From Candidatus Bathyarchaeota archaeon RBG_16_48_13 (GTDB lineage: Archaea; Thermoproteota; Bathyarchaeia; RBG-16-48-13): DNA of 64,000 nucleotides. Below the pieces are notes generated by a model. That model was given only the letters and a program-made list of their open reading frames with translations, did not search any database and was not told the DNA's origin. The stretch covers positions 188,807 to 252,806 of the forward strand of contig MEZH01000007.1 of NCBI GenBank assembly GCA_001775995.1. Direction: 5' to 3'. A program made the position numbers and the translations under genes. This document shows positions 1 through 9,398 of the stretch, piece by piece (the first letter of the stretch is position 1; every line of letters starts with the position of its first letter).

Positions 1-849
1 TCACCTTTCGATTGCTATGGAGGCGTATCCGACTACTGCGCCCATTTCCCCTGAAATATCGGCGGAAGTGGAATATCTTAATAGCGTAGCCTTGTTGGCA
101 CCCAAGGATCTTGAAGCTATGATACAGGAAGCAACCGGACCAGGCCCGCACATGGAGATATTCAATTGAGTTACAGCCCTCATCAACCCCTCCTCATCCA
201 ATCTTAGAATTTCCCTAATTGCCTCTGAGTCCTTATCAAATGCTCTTTGATAGGTTTCGTAGTGGCTCAAATCCGTGCTGGCAATTATAATTGCGTTTTT
301 TCCTTCTAACGAAGTGGCCAAGACCTTGCCAACATCTCTACTGCTGTCCAAATCCTGCATCATCATGCAAATAGGGACTATTCTGATATTCTGCCCGTAA
401 AGATATTGAAGAAAAGGGATTTGCATTTCAAGAGAGTGCTCAGATAGGTGAGCCTTTTCGTCTATATCTATAATATTGGACATGTTGGCTATTCGATGAG
501 CGATCGCTGAGTCAATCTCTATCTCACCTAGAGGCGTCCTCCATTTTCCATCCACCATAATAGATAGACCCGACCCCATGCCGGTGTGATTGGGACCCAA
601 TATCACTGCTACTTCGGGCACCCCGTCCTCTGCTAAAGCGCAATAAGAGTTAGCGGCAACTGGACCTGAGTAAGAATATCCCGCGTGTGGACAAACCAGG
701 CCAATGATCTTTCTGGTTCCTTTCAAGTTGACCTTCGGTATTCTCTTCACGCCAATACTATGCAAAAAGCAGTCTTCGATCTGTTTTTTCAGCAAAGCCG
801 GTGTGCCAGCATACCACGAGCCAGCCACCGAAGGCATTCTCACAACCAT
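1..849 (-). CDS. MEMO1-family protein (AmmeMemoRadiSam system protein B, UPF0103)
   Basis: ORF 1..945. It has the N-terminal pattern R-x-P-x-V-AGSWY, plus CPHAGYSYSG and TDLSHY, all typical of the MEMO family. Start placed at MVVRMPSVAG (849); alternatives are 837 and 945. Confidence 0.75.
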   Translation of the reverse strand: MVVRMPSVAGSWYAGTPALLKKQIEDCFLHSIGVKRIPKVNLKGTRKIIGLVCPHAGYSYSGPVAANSYCALAEDGVPEVAVILGPNHTGMGSGLSIMVDGKWRTPLGEIEIDSAIAHRIANMSNIIDIDEKAHLSEHSLEMQIPFLQYLYGQNIRIVPICMMMQDLDSSRDVGKVLATSLEGKNAIIIASTDLSHYETYQRAFDKDSEAIREILRLDEEGLMRAVTQLNISMCGPGPVASCIIASRSLGANKATLLRYSTSADISGEMGAVVGYASIAIER

Positions 850-954
850 CGTCAAAGGTACCTCTGCAGAATAACTTGCGTACAACACGAAAAGGTTTGT
901 GATTGTCTTGTGCACAAACAAAATTGGAATCATTACTAGGCGCACGAGGAATAG

Positions 955-1356
955 TCATTTGAGGGGAACGTACATACTGCTTCGGCTAGCGCCTATGCCC
1001 GGTGTGCCATGGCTAACTTTCTTGTTCGTAATCGCAAATTCGCCTAGGTAATGGCCTATCATCTGCGGTGCTATTGTTACCGAAATGAACTCCTTTCCAT
1101 TATATACAAGTATGTTCTGTCCGATCATCTCAGGCAAAATGGGCATATTACGACAATGAGTCTTTATGGGTGGAATTACGTCCTTAGTGGCCTTCTTGCA
1201 CTCTCTTATCCTTTCTATGAGCAAACGCTGATCTGGAGCTAGGCCTCTGGTTAGACTCCTTCTGTGTCTTGATGGGAGCAATCTGATGAATTCATCCATG
1301 GACATCTTTTGGAGCTCTGGGAGAGTAAAGCCGCCGTAAGTAAACTCTTTTGGCAT
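955..1356 (-). CDS. rps19: 30S ribosomal protein uS19 (S19P/S15e)
   Basis: 133 aa with a uS19 core (ILVYNGKEF...GHYLGEF). Sits directly after uL2 in the conserved order. Confidence 0.92.
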   Translation of the reverse strand: MPKEFTYGGFTLPELQKMSMDEFIRLLPSRHRRSLTRGLAPDQRLLIERIRECKKATKDVIPPIKTHCRNMPILPEMIGQNILVYNGKEFISVTIAPQMIGHYLGEFAITNKKVSHGTPGIGASRSSMYVPLK

Positions 1357-1427
1357 CTTTCAACACCTATTTTCTCGAAGGTTCTTGGAGAGCGACCGAT
1401 ATAAAGCATTCTTGGCAGAGTTGCTAT

Positions 1428-2171
1428 TTACCTTTTTTCACGGATCTTCTTTCTGGATCCAGCATGGCGTGAAGCTATATTGCCCACTTTACGTCCAGGA
1501 GGTGCTCCGCGAGCCACTGTAGTGGGTTTGCCCGGGTGTTTGTGCCTTCCTCCGCCGTGAGGGTGATATGCTGATAGCATGGCAACTCCTGCAACGTGGA
1601 TCCATGTATGACCTTTGGCTTTTGCCATATGGAATCTTGCACCTGCTTTCATAAAGGGTTTATCCACACGACCTGCCCCAGAGATCACGCCTATTGTGGC
1701 GCGACAGGAGTTGTTGAAAGCTGCTGTCTTCCCGGATGGAAGTTTTAACATTGTACCTTGAGGGGTGTGAGCTACCACGGTGGCGTATGTCCCAGATGCG
1801 CGGACCAATCTGCCGCCATCATTTGGTGACAATTCTATGTTGCAGATGAAGGTTCCTTCAGAAATCCTGCCCACAGGTAGTATATTCCCTATGTCATTCG
1901 GTGCTTCTGAGCCTACAGAAATCTCTTGCCCTTGATGAACTCCTTCTGGAATTGGCGAGTTATATGTTCGCCCGTCAGACAGTTCAATAAGAGCTAAAGG
2001 AGTTCCACGGCCTGGTTCGTGGTCGATTCTTCTTACGATACCTTTTATGACAGATGCTATATCCTCCTTTGTCATAATGGCATAGCGAGCGGGACCGATT
2101 CTCTTATGAGTTGAAGCCCTAAAGGTAGAAGTCCCTCTTCCTCTTCTTCGTACGAGTATTCTCTTGCCCAT
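1428..2171 (-). CDS. rpl2: 50S ribosomal protein uL2
   Basis: 247 aa with a C-terminal SAYHPHGGG..HPGKP motif. Operon position fits. Confidence 0.95.
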   Translation of the reverse strand: MGKRILVRRRGRGTSTFRASTHKRIGPARYAIMTKEDIASVIKGIVRRIDHEPGRGTPLALIELSDGRTYNSPIPEGVHQGQEISVGSEAPNDIGNILPVGRISEGTFICNIELSPNDGGRLVRASGTYATVVAHTPQGTMLKLPSGKTAAFNNSCRATIGVISGAGRVDKPFMKAGARFHMAKAKGHTWIHVAGVAMLSAYHPHGGGRHKHPGKPTTVARGAPPGRKVGNIASRHAGSRKKIREKR

Positions 2172-2182
2172 GCCTATTCACC

Positions 2183-2452
2183 TTAGAATATACCTAATTT
2201 TATTGCCACATCGGAGGCTTTGAATTCTGGAGCAAGTTTGATGTAGGCCTTTTTCAATCCTTTGTTTGAAATTGAGACATTCACTTTCTCAACCTTGACC
2301 TTGTAGATCTCTTCTATGCTCTGGCGAATACTTGACTTGCCAGCCTTGAGACTTACAACAAAAACGAGTTTGTTCTCGGCTTCTATGAGGCTTATGGCAT
2401 CCTCTGTCATAACAGGATAGAGAATCGTCTTATTAATGGTCGTCCGCGCCAT
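2183..2452 (-). CDS. rpl23: 50S ribosomal protein uL23
   Basis: 89 aa located between uL4 and uL2, with a typical uL23 sequence. Confidence 0.9.
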   Translation of the reverse strand: MARTTINKTILYPVMTEDAISLIEAENKLVFVVSLKAGKSSIRQSIEEIYKVKVEKVNVSISNKGLKKAYIKLAPEFKASDVAIKLGIF

Positions 2453-2455
2453 GTA

Positions 2456-3241
2456 CTATTCACCGCGCCCTAGTTCTTTTATTGATGATGCCGACCAGAT
2501 TGTCAATCTAGCGGCTTTGCCTCCTGGAGCAAGTGTTTCGGTGTTAAGATCACTGACCTTAACGACGTCAACACCTAACAAATTCTTAGAGGCTTTTATC
2601 AATCCTTTGTCCTCAGAGATCACTATCAGAGGTCCTTTTCCGTGTTTCGGCTGTCTTCCCCGCCTTCTTCTCTTGGGGGTCTGCCCTTGAAACCTGTCCT
2701 TGATTCTGTCGAGGTCAGGAGATAGCCCGATGCTGTGTAGCAACTCTCCCAAGGCTCTCGTTGTTTCTATTCCCTGCACTTCATCCGTGATCACTATTGG
2801 GAACTTCACATCTGCCAATAATTTGTGACCGCGTGCCTCAACCAGTTCTCTCTTAGCCGTTGCTGCCACAGCAGATTTGAAAGCGAGCATGCGTTCTTTC
2901 TTATTTACCTTTTTGGCAATCTTTTTTCTGATCGTAGGAGGATACGCTGAACGACCCCCAACTGCGCTCGGAATAAAAGCAGCTGAAGACGCTGCAGGGT
3001 ACTGTGAACCTTTGACACGTGGAACTCGGGCAGTGGCGAAACCTACTCCCCATGATTGGGCAGTCGTCCTCTTTCCGGCCATTGGATCTCTGCCTTGCGG
3101 TTGTATCCTATGGGATTGAAGTGCGACAACAACCTTTCTTATCACATCAGGCCTGAAAGGCGTATCAAATATCTTGGATAATTCGACTTTCCCTGCTTTC
3201 TTACCTTCGAGGTCGATAACAGGAACGGTCACTTGGGGCAT
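2456..3241 (-). CDS. rpl4: 50S ribosomal protein uL4
   Basis: 261 aa of archaeal L4/L1e type, in the expected operon position. Confidence 0.9.
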   Translation of the reverse strand: MPQVTVPVIDLEGKKAGKVELSKIFDTPFRPDVIRKVVVALQSHRIQPQGRDPMAGKRTTAQSWGVGFATARVPRVKGSQYPAASSAAFIPSAVGGRSAYPPTIRKKIAKKVNKKERMLAFKSAVAATAKRELVEARGHKLLADVKFPIVITDEVQGIETTRALGELLHSIGLSPDLDRIKDRFQGQTPKRRRRGRQPKHGKGPLIVISEDKGLIKASKNLLGVDVVKVSDLNTETLAPGGKAARLTIWSASSIKELGRGE

Positions 3242-3259
3242 GTGTGATTACTCCTCTTG

Positions 3260-4270
3260 TCATTTTCCCTGGATCGATTCCAAGTTGATTTGTGTTATTT
3301 TTGGCATGCCAGGTGGAATAGTTCTTGGAGTTCTCGCTGGGTACCTTACCTTGATTAGCCGCTTTGCCGGGCCTTGGACACTGCCCTTCAGCATCACATA
3401 GTTGCCTTTGACTTGCCCATAATGGGTGAACCCCCCCTTCGGGGTAACCTCTGAGCCGCTACTTCCGGTCTTCAGAATTCTCTTGTTGTATTCAATCCTT
3501 TGGAAGTAGCCCATTTGGCCACTTCGTGGAGTAGTATACATCACATGCGCAGGGGTCCAAGGACCAATAGTTGCAATGTCACGTCTATTCTTTCTGTTCT
3601 TTCTAGATAGAATCTTTACACCATAGCGTTTGACTACGCCTTGCCAACCTTTTCCCTTCGTAACGCCTACGACATCAACATACTGATTAGCCCCAAAGAT
3701 TTCTGAGAATCGAACTTCTTTGCCGAGAATTCTCTTGGCATATTCCAGTTGTTCTCTTGCGTTGCCCCCGCCTATCTTGACCTCAATAAGTTCGGGCGAG
3801 TTCCTTGAAATTGCGGTCAATCTTGGTTGGCTGCAAAGGACCATTCTTATTTCGGTTACCGAGTCTATGGCTTTCTCCAATTTCTGCAATCTTTCTTCAA
3901 GTCTTGGCTCCTTCGGAGTGCTTGAAATCTTGGCGAGATCCTTTGGAGGTTCTTTCATCCAAATGTCAGTGAAACCCTTAAGACCGCCGTCTGTCGCCTT
4001 GTAAATCTTAATAGCGCATGCAATCATTGGAGGAACATCAAGTACGGTAGCAGGTGTAAAAATCTCCTTCCCAAAATAAGGAGACCCCGCGTGATCTTCT
4101 ATGCAGAAAACATTTATTGAGCCAGCTTTATATCCACCAAATCCTAAAAGGGTCGGCGCGCCTTCTATGTGAGGCCAAAATCTTATCCTTCCCTTTTGGT
4201 TGAAAGATCGCCCTCTCGGTAAATATGCGAGCGACCCCCTTCGGGGAGCGTTCTTTTTTCTGTGACCCAT
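3260..4270 (-). CDS. rpl3: 50S ribosomal protein uL3
   Basis: 336 aa with the N-terminus MGHRKKNAPRRGSLAY and GKGWQGV, typical of archaeal L3. Confidence 0.95.
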   Translation of the reverse strand: MGHRKKNAPRRGSLAYLPRGRSFNQKGRIRFWPHIEGAPTLLGFGGYKAGSINVFCIEDHAGSPYFGKEIFTPATVLDVPPMIACAIKIYKATDGGLKGFTDIWMKEPPKDLAKISSTPKEPRLEERLQKLEKAIDSVTEIRMVLCSQPRLTAISRNSPELIEVKIGGGNAREQLEYAKRILGKEVRFSEIFGANQYVDVVGVTKGKGWQGVVKRYGVKILSRKNRKNRRDIATIGPWTPAHVMYTTPRSGQMGYFQRIEYNKRILKTGSSGSEVTPKGGFTHYGQVKGNYVMLKGSVQGPAKRLIKVRYPARTPRTIPPGMPKITQINLESIQGK

Positions 4271-4280
4271 CCGTCCACCA

Positions 4281-5129
4281 TCACTCTATGATATTCAACA
4301 TGCTCAGAGTAGAAGCTAGAGCTTCCTCTGTCCTCACCGTTTGAGTACCCTGTTCAGGTACCGAATTGACTAAGAATTGGGCTACATCGCCGACTTTAAG
4401 GTTTTCGCGAGATAATATCTCTTGAATGCCTTCACTAGGAGAACCAAAAAGGATCACAACAGAATCAGACCTCTCCCAAGCACATTTGATATCTTTAATC
4501 ATGTTCATCATAGGTACACCGTATTTGGAAGTCGCAATCACCAAGTCAGCTGACGTTTTCTTCATCAGTTTCCCGATTGGCGTAGCAGATGCAGTAACAT
4601 TATAACCCCAATATATTTCTATCTCTTCTTTCTTCACCAAAGTAGCTGAAGGTGCATTGCTCTTATCTAAGAGTCTTACAGTGACTTTCTTTCCAGGTCG
4701 GAGAACTTCTCTGACCTTTACGGGCACCTCAAACCCTACGTCAATAAGAGAGCAACCACCCATGGATTGAACCACCAGCCCAATCCGGATTTCATTTATT
4801 GCCGCAGCTTCAAGTCGGCTTTCAGTCGGGTGATGTGGCGTCCGTAGAGGAGGAAGTATTCCAACATAGCGGAACTCCGGTATGATCTTGAAGAGGCGTC
4901 TTCTCAAATACTGAGGAGTATCCATGTAAGAGAGAATCGCGCGAATGAGTTCGACATTTCTCTCTGTTTCATGACTTGGGTCGTCGGGATAGATTATTGC
5001 TTCGTTGACCCGGAATATCGCAAGTAATCTGCCGATCTGACCTATTCGCTGCGTCTTTTCTCTAAGGTGAGGAATATCGGAGACAATAGAAGCGGGAAGG
5101 GCGACTATGAGTTTGCGCGGTCTCTTCAT
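4281..5129 (-). CDS. SPOUT-superfamily RNA methyltransferase (DUF171/COG2106 type)
   Basis: ORF 4281..5159. The sequence LIVALPASIVSDIPHLREKT... and its conserved archaeal position upstream of rpl3 support the call. ATG at 5129 is preferred over TTG at 5159. Confidence 0.65.
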   Translation of the reverse strand: MKRPRKLIVALPASIVSDIPHLREKTQRIGQIGRLLAIFRVNEAIIYPDDPSHETERNVELIRAILSYMDTPQYLRRRLFKIIPEFRYVGILPPLRTPHHPTESRLEAAAINEIRIGLVVQSMGGCSLIDVGFEVPVKVREVLRPGKKVTVRLLDKSNAPSATLVKKEEIEIYWGYNVTASATPIGKLMKKTSADLVIATSKYGVPMMNMIKDIKCAWERSDSVVILFGSPSEGIQEILSRENLKVGDVAQFLVNSVPEQGTQTVRTEEALASTLSMLNIIE

Positions 5130-5174
5130 AGGGTGAAACAATGCGGATACCTCATCCAAGAATGATGATACATT

Positions 5175-6266
5175 TTAATGATTATTTGCGATGTACTCGG
5201 CAGCGGTTTCAATGATTTTGATGCTGTTGAGGTAGTCGTCTAGATCTATGCGTTCTTTTTGCGTATGATCCAGTCGAGAGTCCCCCGGTCCATAGGTCAC
5301 CACCGGAATTTGCTGCCTCAATCCTATCACATTCATATCGCCTGTGCCTGTCTTCCTTACGAGCCGAGCATTCCTTCCTAGGACTCGGAAGACTGCTGTT
5401 CTAAGGCCTTTGACCACAAGTGAGTTTCGGTCAGCTTCATAAGCGTCCAAGAGGCCTTCGACTTTGCTCTCAATGAGGACCTTAGGGTGTTCCTTCTTGA
5501 AGGCTTCGACAATTCTATTAAGTTCTTCCACGACTTTCTGGCAGGCAAGTTGAGGGGGGACTCGGATGTCCAAAGTCATACAGCAGTTTTCAGGTATATT
5601 GTTTGGAAATTCACCGCCTTTGAGAACTGTAAGACAAATGCTCACCTCATGAAACCGATCAGCTACATCAATATCATCTACGAGAAGGTTATTTCTAATG
5701 CGGTTCCAGAGATCGTATCCTCTCTCCACAGCGTTTTCAGACGTCCAAGGCGCGCTTGCATGACCACCAGCTGTTTTGAACTTCAACGCGAATTGGATCC
5801 TGCCTTTATATCCTATTGTAATCTTGTCAACTCCGCTGGGTTCGCCAAAGATGAAGTAGTCGGCGTCGAGTTTTGTCCTCAAGAGATGTTCGATTCCTGA
5901 TCCATCTCCTTCTTCGTCCACTACGCCAATTACGGTAATCGTCCCCAATGCTTTTGTGTTCAGTCTGGAAGCTGCTACAATCATGGCAGCCAGAGATGAC
6001 TTCGCATCAACAGCACCCCTTCCGTACAAAGCATTATCCTCTTCTCTTACTTCCAAGAAACCTGGGACTGTATCCATGTGACCGCATAGAATGATCTTAG
6101 GTTTGCCGCTACCGGCTTCGCCTAGAACGTTTCCAATGGGATCGATGTGCACGTTTTTCAGCCCTAGGTATCTCATCTCTTCGCGCAGTAAAGTGGCCAA
6201 TTTTGCTTCTTGGCCAGAAGGGCTGTATATTTCGAGCATTTCTTTCAGAAGATCAATCTCGTACAC
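5175..6266 (-). CDS. lysK: [LysW]-lysine/ornithine hydrolase (M20 peptidase, LysK/ArgE type)
   Basis: 363 aa with M20 motifs (CGHMDTVPG, GRGAVDAKS). Last gene of the LysW cluster. Confidence 0.8.
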   Translation of the reverse strand: MYEIDLLKEMLEIYSPSGQEAKLATLLREEMRYLGLKNVHIDPIGNVLGEAGSGKPKIILCGHMDTVPGFLEVREEDNALYGRGAVDAKSSLAAMIVAASRLNTKALGTITVIGVVDEEGDGSGIEHLLRTKLDADYFIFGEPSGVDKITIGYKGRIQFALKFKTAGGHASAPWTSENAVERGYDLWNRIRNNLLVDDIDVADRFHEVSICLTVLKGGEFPNNIPENCCMTLDIRVPPQLACQKVVEELNRIVEAFKKEHPKVLIESKVEGLLDAYEADRNSLVVKGLRTAVFRVLGRNARLVRKTGTGDMNVIGLRQQIPVVTYGPGDSRLDHTQKERIDLDDYLNSIKIIETAAEYIANNH

Positions 6267-7464
6267 TATATTTGCCCTCTTTTAGGACTCTATCAAGAAT
6301 CGCTATCGTTTGTGTTATGTCCTCAGAAGTTATAACGAATGGGGGCAGAAATCGTAGGATGTTTCTGCCCGCGTCCAAGATTAAGAGACCATTATTCGCA
6401 GATTGCAACAAGATATTCAATATGTCGAAGCGAAATTCTACTGCCAGCATCAAACCCAGTCCTCGAGTCTCGCGAATCACAGGATTCCTGCTCTTGAGGT
6501 CATCTAATCTGGCTTTGAACTCTGCACCCTTGATTTCAGCCTGTTCTACCAACTTCTCTTCTTTCAAGATATCCAAAAAGGCTGATGCTGCAGCGCATGT
6601 GAGAGGGTTGCCTCCGAAGGTAGTCGAATGTTCACCCATGGCAAAAGACGACATTATATCATCTCTTGCCACCGTTACTCCCATAGGAAGACTCCCACCA
6701 ACTGGTTTGGCTAAGGTAATAATGTCGGGTTTGACGTGCCAGTGTTCACATGCCCATAGTTTACCGGTTCTCCCGAAACCCGTTTGAACCTCGTCTGCGA
6801 TTAGAAGCAGCCCTTTTTCATCGCATGTTTCCCTGAGTTCTCTGAAGAACGCCGGAGGTGGGATATTGACACCTCCTTCTCCTTGGATCGGCTCAGCTAT
6901 AATCGCTGCCGTGTTTTCACTTATGGCTTCCCTGACTCTATCAATTTTCCCATAGGGGACAAATGTGAAGCCCGGGACAAGGGGCTCAAAAGGCTCTCTA
7001 TACTTAGTGTTCCATGTAGCTGACAGCGATCCCATTGTCTTTCCATGAAACGATTTCATCATGGCTACGATCCCGGGTTTGCCAGTGAATTTGCGGGCGA
7101 CTTTCAAGGCACATTCAATCGCTTCTGTTCCGCTATTACTAATGAACATGCGGTTCAAGCCATTGGGGGTAATCCTGATCAGTTTTTCGACGAAAGTCGC
7201 GCGAACATCGTTGTAAAAGGACCCGTGGCATACAGTCAATCGCTCTAATTGTTGTCTTATAGCATCCATTATCTTTGGATGCAGGTGACCTGCCAAGCCT
7301 ACGCCATATCCTGTAGTGCAGTCGATGTATTCTCTCCCATGTATATCCCAGACACGGGAACCCTTTCCTCGGGTTATAACTATGCGTCTTTTCATATAGG
7401 TTCGGGCCAAGGAATTATCCTCTATGCGAAAAACATCTTCTTCATTCAATTCCATGACATGCAC
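6253..7464 (-). CDS. lysJ: Class-III aminotransferase (LysJ/ArgD, acetylornithine/[LysW]-aminoadipate semialdehyde aminotransferase)
   Basis: 403 aa with the PLP-enzyme pattern (SNSGTEA, DEVQTGFGRTG, LAKPVGG). GTG start at 7464 or ATG at 7455. Confidence 0.85.
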   Translation of the reverse strand: MHVMELNEEDVFRIEDNSLARTYMKRRIVITRGKGSRVWDIHGREYIDCTTGYGVGLAGHLHPKIMDAIRQQLERLTVCHGSFYNDVRATFVEKLIRITPNGLNRMFISNSGTEAIECALKVARKFTGKPGIVAMMKSFHGKTMGSLSATWNTKYREPFEPLVPGFTFVPYGKIDRVREAISENTAAIIAEPIQGEGGVNIPPPAFFRELRETCDEKGLLLIADEVQTGFGRTGKLWACEHWHVKPDIITLAKPVGGSLPMGVTVARDDIMSSFAMGEHSTTFGGNPLTCAAASAFLDILKEEKLVEQAEIKGAEFKARLDDLKSRNPVIRETRGLGLMLAVEFRFDILNILLQSANNGLLILDAGRNILRFLPPFVITSEDITQTIAILDRVLKEGKYSVRD

Positions 7465-7509
7465 CCTCCGAAGTCGTAGTGAAAAAACATGAAAAAGTCA
7501 TCATTTAGT

Positions 7510-8313
7510 TCAAAAGATCACTGTGCCTAATTCCCGAGAGAGGACTGACGTAACTGGATGGTCTATGAAACCAGATGAGATAACCGCCCTCTTGACGCCC
7601 AATTTGATAGCTTCTGATGCCGCAAGGATCTTCTTTTCCATTCCTTGACCTATCCTGGGCAATAATTCAGATACTTTGTCTGCATCTATCTTCTTCACTA
7701 TTGTGTTGTCCAAATAGACTCCTTGGACATCTGTCAGGAATAGCAGCAGATCAGCTCCGAGGGCTCCCGCAACGTAAGCTGCAGCTCTATCTCCATCTAC
7801 GTTCAAGATCTCAGCTTCGTCGCCAAGAGCTATGGGGGAGAGTATCGGGATATATCCCCCATTGATCAGCAAAAATAGGAATTCTGAATTGACCGAGGTA
7901 ATTTTGCCCGTATAGCCGCCATCTATTATGCGTTTTCTTTTGTTTTCATCTATTATGATGAGTCTCTTCTTTCTCTCAGCACGGATTGCGGCGCCATCTA
8001 CCCCCGAGAAACCGACAGCGTTGATCCCCGCTTTTTGAAGTGCAACAACCAAGCCCTTATTTATCATTCCAGCCATGACCATAGCGTAAATTACGGCGGT
8101 TTCTCTTCCGGTATATCTGCTTCTTATCCCTTCGGGCGATATTACAAAGGTTTGAGGCACCCCTAATTTTTCGGCAATCCTTGTTACCTCATCACCCCCG
8201 CCGTGAACTAGAGCAATCTTCTGTTCTTCAGAGACTTTCTTGATATCGTCTATGATTGCGGGACTTAGACTCCCGGAACCAACTATGTCGCCACCCATCT
8301 TTATTACTATCAA
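7510..8313 (-). CDS. lysZ: [LysW]-aminoadipate/glutamate kinase (amino-acid kinase family, LysZ/ArgB)
   Basis: ORF 7510..8370 with IVIKMGG and VHGGG motifs. A TTG at 8313, preceded by GAGG, gives MIVIKMGG and avoids overlapping lysX. ATG alternatives are 8361 and 8370. Confidence 0.8.
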   Translation of the reverse strand: MIVIKMGGDIVGSGSLSPAIIDDIKKVSEEQKIALVHGGGDEVTRIAEKLGVPQTFVISPEGIRSRYTGRETAVIYAMVMAGMINKGLVVALQKAGINAVGFSGVDGAAIRAERKKRLIIIDENKRKRIIDGGYTGKITSVNSEFLFLLINGGYIPILSPIALGDEAEILNVDGDRAAAYVAGALGADLLLFLTDVQGVYLDNTIVKKIDADKVSELLPRIGQGMEKKILAASEAIKLGVKRAVISSGFIDHPVTSVLSRELGTVIF

Positions 8314-8335
8314 TTTCGTTCCCTCAAGATCAATG

Positions 8336-9196
8336 CTATTTCTTGACCAAGCCAATCGCATATTCCACAATCTTCCCCGCTATATCTACGTCGGTAACGT
8401 GAGATAGGCCCTTGAATTCCACCGTGCTGTTCACTTCATGAACTAGTAAGCCATCTGGGCCTTCCATCATGTCGACGCCGAGGACACCCCCGCCCACAGC
8501 CTTTGCAGCTTTCAGTGCGAGTTCTTCGAATTCAGGAGTAATCTCGAGACGGACAGCCTTTCCTCCCCTTGCCAGATTAGTTCTCCAATCATTGGATGCA
8601 GCGTGGCGGTGCATCGCTGCGACCACTTCTTCGCCCACCACTACCGCTCTGATGTCTCTGGGTGGTCTCGTAACCATTTCCTGCACATAGTATATGTGGA
8701 AGATCGGCGAGCTTAGTTGCTCTCTGTGTTCCAATATGGCTTCGGCAGATTCTCGATCTTTTAGGGGTGCAATAAGACGTCCCCAACTCCCTACGACAGG
8801 TTTCAGCACCGACGGATAGCCAAGATTTTCTGCCGCCTTTATCGCCTCTTCGGGAGTAAAAGCCAGGAATGTCCGAGGGGTCGGAATCTTTTCCTTGATG
8901 AAGGCCAAGGTTGCGAAGAGCTTGTCGCCGCAGATTTGAGATGTGTCGAATGAGTTAATCGTTGGTATATCCATTTCTTTCAAGACAAAGGCTAAATGAA
9001 GACCGCGGAAATAGCTCACACATCTTTGTATGACTACATGACCGAACTCTCTACTATCCTTTGTCGTGAGGTCGAGGCAGATCTTCTTGGCGTCAATGGA
9101 GTTTATTCTTAGACCCCTCTTCCGTGCAGCTCTCATTATAGCTTTCTCTTCTAGTCTGACCCTATCATAGATCAGACCCAGTTGTGGCTCTGTCAT
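8336..9196 (-). CDS. lysX: ATP-grasp ligase LysX/ArgX (RimK family)
   Basis: ATP-grasp RimK-like sequence located immediately after lysW. ATG at 9196 lies 6 nt past the lysW stop; alternative start at 9214. Confidence 0.8.
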   Translation of the reverse strand: MTEPQLGLIYDRVRLEEKAIMRAARKRGLRINSIDAKKICLDLTTKDSREFGHVVIQRCVSYFRGLHLAFVLKEMDIPTINSFDTSQICGDKLFATLAFIKEKIPTPRTFLAFTPEEAIKAAENLGYPSVLKPVVGSWGRLIAPLKDRESAEAILEHREQLSSPIFHIYYVQEMVTRPPRDIRAVVVGEEVVAAMHRHAASNDWRTNLARGGKAVRLEITPEFEELALKAAKAVGGGVLGVDMMEGPDGLLVHEVNSTVEFKGLSHVTDVDIAGKIVEYAIGLVKK

Positions 9197-9201
9197 AGCT
9201 C

Positions 9202-9375
9202 TTATTCCCCCCAATCCTCTCCTTCAACTTCTGCCACCTTCACTTTGACACTCCCATTTGTGATTTCTACAATTTCTAATTCTTGGCCGCAGTCAGGACA
9301 GCTCACAATTTCCCCAATGATGACGTCGTCGGGGATTTTGACCTCGGCATCGCATTCTGGACAGCGTGCTTTCAT
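9202..9375 (-). CDS. lysW: Amino-group carrier protein LysW/ArgW
   Basis: Not in the ORF track (57 aa). My translation is MKARCPECDAEVKIPDDVIIGEIVSCPDCGQELEIVEITNGSVKVKVAEVEGEDWGE. It has a CxxC...CxxC zinc ribbon and an acidic EDWGE C-terminus, as in LysW. Confidence 0.85.
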   Translation of the reverse strand: MKARCPECDAEVKIPDDVIIGEIVSCPDCGQELEIVEITNGSVKVKVAEVEGEDWGE

Positions 9376-9398
9376 TGACTCACACCTCCTTCCGAATA

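Noticed and set aside
6203-6787. 194-aa plus-strand ORF
   Set aside because: It lies antisense inside lysJ/lysK, has a low-complexity translation, and shows no family resemblance.
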